The translations under genes were made by a program, and so were the position numbers. A stretch of 64,000 nucleotides of DNA from an uncultured delta proteobacterium (lineage in GTDB: Bacteria; Desulfobacterota; Binatia; HRBIN30; BPIQ01), in the NCBI GenBank assembly GCA_963761335.1, contig CAVXGR010000013.1, positions 96,001-160,000 on the forward strand, in the 5' to 3' direction. The notes beneath the pieces are model-generated. The model did no database searches, was not told the DNA's origin, and worked only from the letters and a program-made list of their open reading frames with translations. Positions 47,373-57,348 of the stretch are shown here, piece after piece. Numbering within the stretch: position 1 is the first letter of the stretch; the number at the start of each line of letters is the position of its first letter.

Positions 47373-48407
47373 ATGGAGATGCCCCGCCGCGAGCCAATGC
47401 CGGCGGAGTGGTACGCGCCGCCGCGCCCCGCGGTTCGTTCCAGGCGCCCGCCCCGCCTGCCATGGGTGCACCTCGGGCTCTTCGCCGCGACCTTCGCGAC
47501 CACGGCGATCGCCGGAGCCCTGCAGATGGGCGTCGACCCCTTCTCCGACCCCGCGGCGATCCGCGCCGGCTTCCCTTTTGCCGTGACCCTGATGACCATC
47601 CTGCTGGTGCACGAGCTGGGTCACTACTTCGTGGCCCGCTACCACGGCGTGCAGGCAACACTGCCCTACTTCATTCCGGCGCCGCCGCTGCCGGTGGGCA
47701 CCTTCGGCGCCTTCATCCGCATGAAGTCTCCGCCCGAGACGCGCCGGGCACTCTTCGACGTCGGTGCCGCCGGGCCCTGGGCGGGAATCATCTTTGCCAT
47801 TCCCGCGGTGATCATCGGCCTGCACCTCTCCACCGTCCATCTCGGGGCGAGCAGCGATGGTGGTCTGATTCTGGGCGACTCGCTGCTGTTCTCTCTGCTC
47901 ACGCGTCTGACCCTGGGAGTCACGCCCGAGACCGCGACGATCAGCCTGCATCCGATCGCCATGGCGGGTTGGTTCGGTTTCCTGGTGACCTTCCTCAATC
48001 TGCTCCCCGTCGGCCAGCTCGACGGGGGCCACGTCGCCTACGCCATGTTCGGCCGCTGGCACCGCTGGGTCTCGCGGCTGTTCGTCGGCGTCATCCTCGT
48101 GCTCGGCTTCAGCGGCTGGGCCGGCTGGTTCGTCTGGGCGATCCTGGTTTCGATCCTGGGGCTCGACCATCCGCCCACCGTCGACCTGGACACGGGTCTC
48201 GATCGCCGGCGGATGGTGGCGGCCTGGCTGACCGTGGGGGTCTTTATTCTCACCTTCATGCCGGTGCCGATCTCGGTGGTCGAGCCGCGGCAGCTGCCGC
48301 AGTTCGAGGGACCCGCCCTGCCCGTGCACACCCGCCCGCTACACGCACCCCATCCCGGTCCGCTGCCGTTCCCCGCGGGCTCCCTGCCGGAGGCGATCTC
48401 GGTATGA
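47373..48407 (+). CDS. Site-2 protease (M50)
   Basis: Motifs HELGH and NLLPVGQLDGGH. Confidence 0.92.
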   Translation: MEMPRREPMPAEWYAPPRPAVRSRRPPRLPWVHLGLFAATFATTAIAGALQMGVDPFSDPAAIRAGFPFAVTLMTILLVHELGHYFVARYHGVQATLPYFIPAPPLPVGTFGAFIRMKSPPETRRALFDVGAAGPWAGIIFAIPAVIIGLHLSTVHLGASSDGGLILGDSLLFSLLTRLTLGVTPETATISLHPIAMAGWFGFLVTFLNLLPVGQLDGGHVAYAMFGRWHRWVSRLFVGVILVLGFSGWAGWFVWAILVSILGLDHPPTVDLDTGLDRRRMVAAWLTVGVFILTFMPVPISVVEPRQLPQFEGPALPVHTRPLHAPHPGPLPFPAGSLPEAISV

Positions 48408-48862
48408 GCGAGCGTTTGAGCTGGGACCAGTACTTCCTCACCATCACCCGTCAGGTCGCGGAGCGCTCCACCTGCGCCCGCGCCAAGGTCGGCGCGGTGA
48501 TCGTGCGCGACAAGAACATCCTGGCGACCGGCTACAACGGCAGCCCCGCCGGGCTGCCGCACTGTATCGACGTCGGCTGCCTCATCTATCGCTCGGTGAA
48601 TCCCTACGGAGAGGAAGAGGAGAACTGCTTCCGCACCATCCACGCCGAGATCAACGCCATCGCCCAGGCCGCAAAGAACGGCGCGCCAATTCGCGACGCC
48701 CACATCTACATCACCCACTCGCCCTGCATCCACTGCTTCAAGGTGCTGATCAACACCGGCATCACCCGCATCTGCTACGAGAAGGAATACAAGCTGCAGA
48801 CGCTCACCGAGTTTCGGCAGTACGCCGCCGTCGAGCTCGAGCGCGTCGACGTGCCCCGCTGA
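48404..48862 (+). CDS. dCMP deaminase (ComEB-like)
   Basis: Motifs WDQYF, TGYNG, HAEINA and PCIHC. Confidence 0.92.
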   Translation: MSERLSWDQYFLTITRQVAERSTCARAKVGAVIVRDKNILATGYNGSPAGLPHCIDVGCLIYRSVNPYGEEEENCFRTIHAEINAIAQAAKNGAPIRDAHIYITHSPCIHCFKVLINTGITRICYEKEYKLQTLTEFRQYAAVELERVDVPR

Positions 48863-48925
48863 GCCGTTGGGCCGCTTGCGCCACCGGTAGGGCGCGTGGA
48901 ATATGGGCCGAGGAGGCGCCTCCAC

Positions 48926-50024
48926 ATGGAACTGGCCGAGCTGAGAGAACGAGTCCCTGCGACCGAGGAGCGCATTGCTGCGCTCGGGAGGTATCTTTGA
49001 CGTCGCCAACCGCGAAGCTCGGCTGAAGGAGCTGGACGATCTCGCCGCCGATCCCGCATTCTGGAACGACAGTGAGAAGGCGCAGGGTCTGCTGAAGGAG
49101 CGCTCCGACCTCGCCGCACCGCTGGAGTCCTGGCGTCGCCAGGCGGAGGCCGTCGACGAGATCAAGATCTTCCTCGAGCTCGCCGAGGAAGGGCATGCGG
49201 ACGCGATCGGTGAGGCCGAGGGCAAGCTGCACGAGGTCGAGAAATCTCTCGACGCCATCGAGCTGCAACGCATGCTCGGCGGCGAGAACGATGCCGGCAA
49301 CGCCATCGTCAGCCTCCACCCGGGCGCCGGTGGCACCGAGGCGCAGGACTGGGCCGAGATGCTGCTGCGCATGTATCTGCGCTGGACCGAACGCCGCGGC
49401 TACAAAACAGAGATCGTGGAGTACCAGCCCGGTGAGGGCGCCGGGCTGAAGAGCGTCACCTTCACGGTCGAGGGGCCGTTCGCCTACGGCTATCTGCGGG
49501 CCGAGGCCGGGATTCACCGCCTGGTGCGCATCTCTCCGTTCGACGCCAATGCGCGGCGTCACACCTCCTTTGCCTCGGTCTTCGTCTTTCCCGAGGTCGA
49601 GGACGACGTCGAGATCGAGATCGACGAAGCGGATCTCCGCATCGACACCTATCGCTCCAGCGGCGCCGGCGGACAGCACGTCAACAAGACGGACTCCGCG
49701 GTGCGCATCACGCACATGCCCACCGGCATCGTCGTCGCCTGCCAGAACGAGCGCTCGCAGCACAAGAACCGCTCCATGGCGATGAAGATCCTGCGGGCTC
49801 GCCTGTACGAGCTCGAGAAGCAGAAGCAGCGGGAGAAGATGGACGAGCTGCACAAGACCAAGCGCGAGATCGCCTTCGGCAGCCAGATCCGCTCGTACGT
49901 GTTGCACCCGTACCGGATGGTGAAAGACCACCGCACGGGCGTGGAGGTGGGGAATGCGGATGCCGTCCTCGATGGCGATCTCGACCGTTTCATCGAGGCC
50001 TACCTGCACCAGATGGCGGCCTAG
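48926..50024 (+). CDS. prfB: Peptide chain release factor 2 (programmed +1 frameshift)
   Basis: ATG 48926 after AGGAGG; GGGAGGTAT-CTT-TGA-C at codon 24; SPF and GGQ motifs in the +1 frame. Confidence 0.96.
48986..49001 (+). promoter_or_regulatory. prfB frameshift site
   Basis: Internal SD-like GGGAGG followed by CTTTGAC (48995-49001). Confidence 0.93.
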
Positions 50025-50107
50025 TTGCCTCTCGAGGTGTCGCGCAGGCCTCGAGCCCGCCTGAAAAAGTTGTTTGTCCCCAGGTGTGCCCTGCAAACGT
50101 GCCGCTG

Positions 50108-51988
50108 ATGCGGGACACGCTGTACTCCTATCTCCTCGAGAGGCCGGCGGGCGCTTCGCCGCGCGAGCTCCTCGACCTGATCTTCACTCAACCGGGGACC
50201 GACGCCGAGTTCGGCACGCGCTTTCTGCGACTGCTGCTCGAGCCGGATCGCCGTTTCTTCTACCGGACCGGCGAGGATCGATGGATCGCGCGCGAGCACG
50301 AGACCCTGGCGACGCCGATCGAGGCGGCGCGCTTCGTCGTCGTCGATCTCGAGACCACCGGAGGGTCGGCGGGGACGGACGCGATTACAGAAATCGGCGC
50401 CGTGGCCCTGGTGGGCGGCAGGATCGAGGGGGAGTTCCAACAGCTGGTCCGACCCGCCGTCGCGGTACAGCCGTTCGTGGCCCGGCTCACGGGCATCACC
50501 GACGAGATGCTCGCCGATCAGCCGCCGCTGCGCGAGGTTCTGCCCCGCTTCCTCGATTTCGCCGGCGATGGCGTGCTGATCGCCCACAACGCCCGCTTCG
50601 ACATCGGCTTCCTCGACGCCGCGGCGCGCCGGCATCTCGGCCGGGCGTTGCACCAGCCGCATCTCTGCACCATCCGCCTGGCGCGCCGCCTGCTCCCCGC
50701 GGTGAAGCGGCGTTCTCTCGACTCGCTGGTCGGCCATTTCGGCCTGCTGGTGCGCGATCGCCATCGCGCCCTGCAGGACGCCCGCGCCACCGCCGATGTC
50801 TTTCTGGCGCTGATCGAACTCGGGCGCCGGCGCGGCGTTGCCCGGCTCGATCAGCTCCTCGATCTGCAGCACCAAGCGGTCGATGGGCGGCGCTTTGTCT
50901 GCCATCTACCGCCGGCTCGCGTTCAGGAGCTGCCCGCGGCTCCGGGCGTGTACCGCTTCCTGAGCGAGGACGGCCGGATTCTCTACGTCGGTCGCGCGGT
51001 CGACCTGCGGCAGCGTGTCGGCAGCTATCTGTACAACTCCAGCGGCCACAACGCCCGCACTCTCGACCTCATCCGCCACATCCGCAGCGTCGAGGTGACG
51101 CGCACCGGATCGGCGCTGTCGGCCGCCCTGCTCGAAGCCGAGCTGATCCGTTCGCTCAAGCCGCCGTACAACAAGCTCAGCAAGCACTTGCCGCGTCTGG
51201 CGTACCTCAAGCTCGGCAACGAAACGCCGTTCGCGCGGCTCTCCGTGGTCAACCGTCCCGGCAGTCAGCGGGCCCGCTTCTACGGTCCGTTTCGCAATCG
51301 CGCCGGTGCCGAGCGCGTGCGCGACGTGCTACTGCGGCTCTTCCAGCTGCGCAGCTGCTCGGGGCGCCTACAGCCCGATCCCGGCAAGGCACCGTGCTTT
51401 CTCGGACAGATCGACATGTGCGCAGCGCCGTGTGCGGCCGGCATCGACGCCGAGACGTACGAGGCGCGCACCGAGCAGCTGGTCACTCTGCTCGAGGGCG
51501 ACCCCGCCGCCGCCCGCGAAGAGCTCGTGCTCCGGCGCGAGGCGCACAGCGCGGCCCTCCGCTTCGAAGCGGCGGCGCGGGCCCAACGCGATCTCGAGAC
51601 CATCGAACGTTTCACGCGCCGCTCGCGGACCCTGGGATGGGTGGTTCGGCGACAGAGCTTTCTGGTGCTGCTGCCGTCGGTTCTCGGAGACGTCGAAATC
51701 TACATCGCCATCGCCGGCCGCCTGGTGCGACGAGCGACCTTGATGCGGCGAGAGGATCTCGAGGAGATCAGCGTCTGGCTCGCCGCAAACTGGGACAGCT
51801 GCCAGAGCCGCCGCGTGCAGCGCGAAGACGTCGAGGCAACGGCGATTCTCGCCGGCTGGATGCGGAGCCGCGGCGAGCGGGATGGACACCTCATCCCGCT
51901 CGCCGGGCCCGCCGTCGATACCGGCGAGCTAGCGCTTGTCTTCGACTCGATGCGAGCGCACGCGCCGCTGGCGTCGCAGGGCGAATGA
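50108..51988 (+). CDS. DEDDh (DnaQ-like) exonuclease fused to GIY-YIG UvrC/Cho-like endonuclease
   Basis: DLETTG, HNARFD and HRALQDA; GVYRF...LYVGRA; four-Cys cluster; FEAAA UVR motif. Confidence 0.9.
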   Translation: MRDTLYSYLLERPAGASPRELLDLIFTQPGTDAEFGTRFLRLLLEPDRRFFYRTGEDRWIAREHETLATPIEAARFVVVDLETTGGSAGTDAITEIGAVALVGGRIEGEFQQLVRPAVAVQPFVARLTGITDEMLADQPPLREVLPRFLDFAGDGVLIAHNARFDIGFLDAAARRHLGRALHQPHLCTIRLARRLLPAVKRRSLDSLVGHFGLLVRDRHRALQDARATADVFLALIELGRRRGVARLDQLLDLQHQAVDGRRFVCHLPPARVQELPAAPGVYRFLSEDGRILYVGRAVDLRQRVGSYLYNSSGHNARTLDLIRHIRSVEVTRTGSALSAALLEAELIRSLKPPYNKLSKHLPRLAYLKLGNETPFARLSVVNRPGSQRARFYGPFRNRAGAERVRDVLLRLFQLRSCSGRLQPDPGKAPCFLGQIDMCAAPCAAGIDAETYEARTEQLVTLLEGDPAAAREELVLRREAHSAALRFEAAARAQRDLETIERFTRRSRTLGWVVRRQSFLVLLPSVLGDVEIYIAIAGRLVRRATLMRREDLEEISVWLAANWDSCQSRRVQREDVEATAILAGWMRSRGERDGHLIPLAGPAVDTGELALVFDSMRAHAPLASQGE

Positions 51989-54269
51989 CTCGCGCCGGGT
52001 GAGCAACCAGCCGACGGGCAACAGCAACAGCAAGCTCGCGCCGCCGCCGCTGGCGTCGCCGCCGATGGCGCAGCCACCGCCACGGGCGATCTGGCCGATC
52101 ACGCCCTGCGTCGGTCGCGGCGTGAAGGTACGCGTCGGCGAACGCTCGATCGGCGTACGCGTCGGCAGCGGCGTAAATGTCGGTACGTCCGACGTCGTCT
52201 GGCACTGCCCCTCGGATCCCGACAGGTTGCAGTGCTGGTTCGCCCCGTCACACCGTTCGTTGCAGCAAACCGCGTCGGCAGAGCAGAGGAGACCGCTGGC
52301 GCACTGGCCGTCGGCGACGCAGGCCTGCCCGCCGCCGCGGCCGGTGGGCAGGCAGTTCCCGGCTTGGCCACTGAGATTGCACATCTCATTGGCACCGTCA
52401 CAGGCGGCATTGCAGCAAACGCCGTCGGCGCAGAAATTCGAGGTGCACTGATCGGCACTGGTACACGGCTCACCGAGCGGCAGGCCCGAGCCGGTGGAGA
52501 CGCACGTGCCGCGCTGCGAGACGAGGCTACAGGTCTCATCGGCGCCGGTGCAGGCGGAGTCACAACAGACGCCGTCCTCCGCGGGGCAGAAGCCGGAGCT
52601 GCACTCCGTCGCCCCGGTGCAGCTCTCGCCGTTCGCCTTCTTGGACGGCGTGCCGGTGCGCGTCGGCGTTCTGGTCGCGGGGGCGGTCACCGGAGTGGCC
52701 GTGGCTCGCGGGGTGAGGCTCTGGGAGCAGGTACCCGCGGGGCTGGCGCAGGTCTCGGAGCTTCCGTCGCAACGGCTGTTGCAGCAGAAGCCGTCGGTGC
52801 AGAAGCTGGAGAGACATTCCTCGTCGATGGCGCAGGCGTCGCCGATCAGCTTGCCCACCTGCAGGCAGGTACCTTCCATGCCCGAGACGTCACAGCGCTC
52901 GTTCGCCCCGGTACACGGGCTGTCGCAGCACAGGCCCTCGGGGCTGCAGAAGAGCACGTCGGGCACAAGGGCGCAGTCATCGTTGGTGCTACACGCGCAG
53001 CCCTTCTGGTCGCAGCCTCCTCCAATGGGAGTCGGCGTTGGGGTTGGGCCGCCGCCCGTCGGGATGCGGGTCACCGTCGGCAACGGTGTGCCGAAGACAC
53101 TGTCGTTTCTCAGGATGCGGACGCTGGTCCCCCGGGTGGTTGCGATCACGAGATCTGGAAAATCGTCGTCGGTGAAGTGTCCGACTTGCAGGTAGCGAAT
53201 GGAATTTCCGAGTCGGTCCAATCTGAAGGGGCTCTGGTACGCGAAGTTGCCGAGCGATCCGGCGATGTCGACGGTGTCGTTGTCGAGCTGTCCCGCCGCA
53301 GGACTTCCGGGAAAGGAAAGGGCAACGGCAATGTCGGTATGGTTGTCGCGATCGAAATCGGCGGCCGCAACGGCGCGCAGAGAGCAGAGCTCCGAGCTGG
53401 TGCCCACCTGCGGATCGCAGAGAAACTGGATGTTGATCGGCGAGTCGAACAACCCGTTTCCCTGGTTGCGCAGGATCGCCACCTCCTTGCTCCCCTGATC
53501 TCCGGCCAGGATATCGGGAAGACCATCGTTATCCATGTCGCCGAGCGCCAGCTGCTGGGATCGCTTGCCGGTGATGAAGTTGGCGGTGCGCAGCAGGTTG
53601 TTGTTGTTCGAAAGAAAGACGGCGGCGTCGGCGCCGCGCCGGGTGTTCAGGGCGACGACATCGGGACGCCCATCTCCGTTGACGTCCATGGTGATCACCT
53701 GCTCCGGGTGCTTGCCAGAGGTGATCCGTTTCTCGTCGCTGAAGCTACCGTCGCTCATGCCGCGGTTGAGCAGCAGGCTGATATCCCCATTGCTTGGGTT
53801 GGAAACGACAAGATCGTCGCCGTTCGCCAGATCGAAGTCGCCGGCGGTGATCCCGCCGCCGGAGCAACAGCGTCGAATCTGGCGGATGGCCCCGAAGGTT
53901 CCGTCCCCGGCTCCGAAGATCACGTAAACGTCGCGACCACCGCTGGTCACGGCGATGTCCTGATTGCCGTCCCGGTTGAAATCACCGGCGGCGATATCGC
54001 GATATGACTTGCCTATGCGGATGGTGGATACGGCTTGGCTGAACTCGCCGTCCGGTCCAACCAGCAGGATCGATACCTTGTTACTTCCCCGGCTAGCCAC
54101 CGCGACGTCGTCGATGCCGTCATTGTTGAAGTCCGCAACCGCTAGGCCCTGCGCGATGCTTCGGCACTTCAATCGGCGTGAGGGGAGTGAAAGCAATCAC
54201 CGCCAAGGCAGCCCCTCGAAAAAAAATGAGCGCCCCAAGGGTCGTCAATACCAGTCTACTCGATCGCAT
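51929..54269 (-). CDS. FG-GAP repeat surface protein with Cys-rich repeats and sorting tail (frameshift near codon 36)
   Basis: Repeats DFNNDG, DFNRDG and DVNGDG; C...DGVCC...C repeats; GGGCAIG...LLLLLPVGWLLTRR tail. The signal peptide from ATG 54269 is out of frame with the body. Confidence 0.78.
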
Positions 54270-54465
54270 GCCTCTTCCTTCTCCTTACCAAATCCATCTT
54301 CTGCCGCCGGCCCCCGGGCGACGAGAGACAGATGAGAGCACCTCACTTTCGCCTGGACGACTGATATTTGTCAAATAGAAATCCATCTCAACGAGGCTTT
54401 TGGCGACCGCCGGCCACTGCTGAAAAGCTGAAGTCGCGCAGGGGGTTGCGATGCCGCAAGGCATC

Positions 54466-55938
54466 TCAATCGCAGCCGGCGCCACGCGACAGAGCAAGGT
54501 GCGCACGCCAGTCGAGGAGGCGGCGCCGGCGCTGCTCGCGGCGCTCCCCGGGCTCGAAGCGCCTCCCCAGACGCCACGCCTGGCGCAGGTCTTCAATACC
54601 GATCCAGACTCCGGCCGCCAAGCCGGCGAGATACGCGGCGCCGAGCGCCGTCGCCTGTACGGTTGCCGGCCGCTCAACCGGGACGTCGAGGACGTCGGCG
54701 AGCGCCTGCATGAGGAAATCATTGGCTGCGGCACCACCGTCGGCGCGCAGTTCCGCCGGCATGGGCTGCCCCGCGGCCCCGAGCAGGGTCTCGACCACCT
54801 CGGTGCAGCGGAAGGCGATGCCCTCGAGGACGGCGTGCACGAGGTGAGCGCGCGAGGTGCCGCGCGACAGCCCGCCGATCACCGCCCGCGCCCGCGGATC
54901 CATGTGCGGCGTGCCGAGCCCCTGAAAAGCGGGGACCGCCCAAGCGCCGCCTGGATCGGTGACCTGCTCCGCCAGCCCCGCAGACTCGGCGGCGTCGGCA
55001 ATGATGCCCAATCCGTCCCGCAACCACTGAACCGCGGCTCCGGCGGTAATTGCCGTCCCCTCGAGGCAGAAGACGCGCTGCCCGCGCACCGCCGAGAGGA
55101 CCAGTGGGTACGTCCCGCGAGCCGGCGGCAACAGCTGGGCGCCCGTGTTGATGTCGGCCATGGCCGAGGTGCCGAAGGTGATCTTGACGTCCCCGGGCGA
55201 GAGGCGCAGCTGGCCGAACATCGCCGCCTGCTGATCGCCCGCCACCGCCGCCACCGGCGCCGTAAAGCCGCAGGTCGCCACCGACGTCTCACCGTACACG
55301 GCGCTGGAAGGCGCGAGACGCGGCAGGAGCGAGGGCGGGATCTCGAGCATATCCAGGGCGCCGCCATCCCACGCATCGGCGACAAAGTCGTACAGACCGG
55401 TGCACGAGGCGTTGGAGGAGTCGGTCATGTGCACCTCGCCTCCGGTGAGATTCCACACGAGCCACGAATCGATCGTGCCGAAGCACAGCTCGCCCCGGCG
55501 GGCGCGCTCGGCGGCGCCGGGTACGGTGCGCAGCAGCCACTCGAGCTTGGTGGCCGACGCCATCGTGCTGGCGAACACGCCCCGGTCGAGGAGCTCGGTC
55601 ACCCGGCCCGCCGTGCGCGTATCCTGCCAGACGATTGCTGGATGGAGCGCCTGACCGCTGCGGCGCTCCCAGAGGACCGTGGTGGCGCGCTGGTTGGCGA
55701 CGCCGACGGCGGCGAGCCTCACCTCTCCGAGGGCCTCGCGGGCGCGCCCGACGGCGCCTTCCACCACCCGCCGCGTCGCCCGCCACACCGCGGCCGCATC
55801 GCACTCGACCCACCCGGGACGCGGATAGGAGATCGCCAGCTCCTCATAGGCGCCGCCGTGCTCGACGCTCTCCCCGTCGAACACCAGAGCGCGAACCCCG
55901 GTGGTGCCCGCGTCGATGGCGAGAACGAGCGGACGCAT
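54466..55938 (-). CDS. glpK: Glycerol kinase-like FGGY kinase
   Basis: Motifs AIDAGTTG, NQRAT, WQD, GDQQAAMFGQ, QWLRDGL and DGG; operonic with glpD. Confidence 0.8.
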   Translation of the reverse strand: MRPLVLAIDAGTTGVRALVFDGESVEHGGAYEELAISYPRPGWVECDAAAVWRATRRVVEGAVGRAREALGEVRLAAVGVANQRATTVLWERRSGQALHPAIVWQDTRTAGRVTELLDRGVFASTMASATKLEWLLRTVPGAAERARRGELCFGTIDSWLVWNLTGGEVHMTDSSNASCTGLYDFVADAWDGGALDMLEIPPSLLPRLAPSSAVYGETSVATCGFTAPVAAVAGDQQAAMFGQLRLSPGDVKITFGTSAMADINTGAQLLPPARGTYPLVLSAVRGQRVFCLEGTAITAGAAVQWLRDGLGIIADAAESAGLAEQVTDPGGAWAVPAFQGLGTPHMDPRARAVIGGLSRGTSRAHLVHAVLEGIAFRCTEVVETLLGAAGQPMPAELRADGGAAANDFLMQALADVLDVPVERPATVQATALGAAYLAGLAAGVWIGIEDLRQAWRLGRRFEPGERREQRRRRLLDWRAHLALSRGAGCD

Positions 55939-55941
55939 ACT

Positions 55942-57348
55942 TCAAGAGGGCAACAGGACTCCGGGGTTGAGAATTCCCTTGGGATCGAGGGCGCGCTTGA
56001 GCGCCTGCAGGACGGCGAGCCCCGCCCCGTGCTCTTGGCGCATCCACTCACGGCGGATGCGCCCAACGCCGTGGTGGTGAGCGATGGTTCCGCCATGGGC
56101 CAGAGTCTCGCGCATGGTCGTATGCCAGCAGCGCAGGTACAGCGCCTCGGCGTCCTTCGGTTCCTCCGGCTTGGCCACGAAGGTGAAGTAGATATTGGTG
56201 CCGGTGGGATAGGAGTGGGAGCTGTGGCCGGAGGCCGCGAGCACCCCGGGTGTACCATTGAGGGCGGCGACGACGGCCTGATAGACGCCGCCGATGCGGC
56301 CCCACGGGGCCGCGACCTCGATGGTGTCGAGCACCAGGCCGCGCTCGAGAAAGGGCTCGAACCCGGGAACCGCATTGCGGTGCTGCAGCCACTGCTGCAC
56401 GGGGCCGGTGCCCAGCGCAACACCGCCGCGCGACTCGCAGATCGCGCCGCAGGCGGCGATCTCGACGGCGGTGAGGCTCTCGGGGCCCTCGGACACCAGC
56501 AGCAAAAGGGCGCCGAGATCGTCGCCGATGTCGCTGAAATTGCGCGATGTCTCCGCGGGATCATAGAGCCGCACCACCGGCGGGCGCCAACCCTCCCGCA
56601 CCATCTGGCGAATCGCCTCCAGGCCGGAATCCATGTCCGCAAATCGGTAGGCAGCCAGCCGCTGCGACGGCGGCAGCGGGTGCAGCTGGAGGGTGACCTC
56701 GGTCACGATGCCGAGGGTACCTTCGGAGCCGAGGAATATCTGGCGCAGATCGGGACCGGTGGAAGCGCGCGGCACCTCCCGCGTCTGCACTACCGTGCCG
56801 TCCGCGAGGACCACTTCGAGGGCGACGAGGATGTCTTCAATGGAGCCGTAGCGCGTCGAGAACTGCCCGGCAGAGCGCGTCGCCACCCAGCCGCCGACAG
56901 TGGAGATGTCGATCGACTGCGGGAAATGCCCGGCGGAGAAGCCGTGCCCCTGGAGCTTGGCCTCCAACGTGTTGCCCATCATCCCCGCCTGGACACGCGC
57001 CAGCAGCGCCTGCGGATTGAGGGAGACAAGCCGATCCATGTTGCGGAGATCGACGACGATCGAGCCATCCTCCGGCAGCACGCCGCCGCAGACTCCCGAG
57101 CCGGCGCCATAGGGCACCACCGCGATCTGCTTGTCGCTGGCGTAGCGGAGCAGCTCGCTCACCTGCCCCGTCTCACTCGGCGATACAACGCACGCCGGCC
57201 GAGCCGTGATCTCGCCGCGCATCAGGCGCAGGCGCGAGAGCGACCAGGTGTCGTAGCTGTGCGCGCTGAGAACACCCTCTTCCCAGCTCACCGCCTCGTT
57301 TCCCAGAAGGGAGACCAGATCGCGGCGCACCGCGTCTCGCTCAACCAT
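55942..57348 (-). CDS. FAD-binding oxidoreductase, alkyl-DHAP synthase-like
   Basis: GHFPQS, STVGGWVATRSAGQFSTRYGSIED and HHHGVG. Confidence 0.85.
   Translation of the reverse strand: MVERDAVRRDLVSLLGNEAVSWEEGVLSAHSYDTWSLSRLRLMRGEITARPACVVSPSETGQVSELLRYASDKQIAVVPYGAGSGVCGGVLPEDGSIVVDLRNMDRLVSLNPQALLARVQAGMMGNTLEAKLQGHGFSAGHFPQSIDISTVGGWVATRSAGQFSTRYGSIEDILVALEVVLADGTVVQTREVPRASTGPDLRQIFLGSEGTLGIVTEVTLQLHPLPPSQRLAAYRFADMDSGLEAIRQMVREGWRPPVVRLYDPAETSRNFSDIGDDLGALLLLVSEGPESLTAVEIAACGAICESRGGVALGTGPVQQWLQHRNAVPGFEPFLERGLVLDTIEVAAPWGRIGGVYQAVVAALNGTPGVLAASGHSSHSYPTGTNIYFTFVAKPEEPKDAEALYLRCWHTTMRETLAHGGTIAHHHGVGRIRREWMRQEHGAGLAVLQALKRALDPKGILNPGVLLPS

Noticed and set aside
54219..54226. A8/T8 tract as a phase-variation switch for the FG-GAP gene
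   Set aside because: Both T7 and T9 variants hit a TGA before reaching the main ORF, so slippage here cannot restore the frame.
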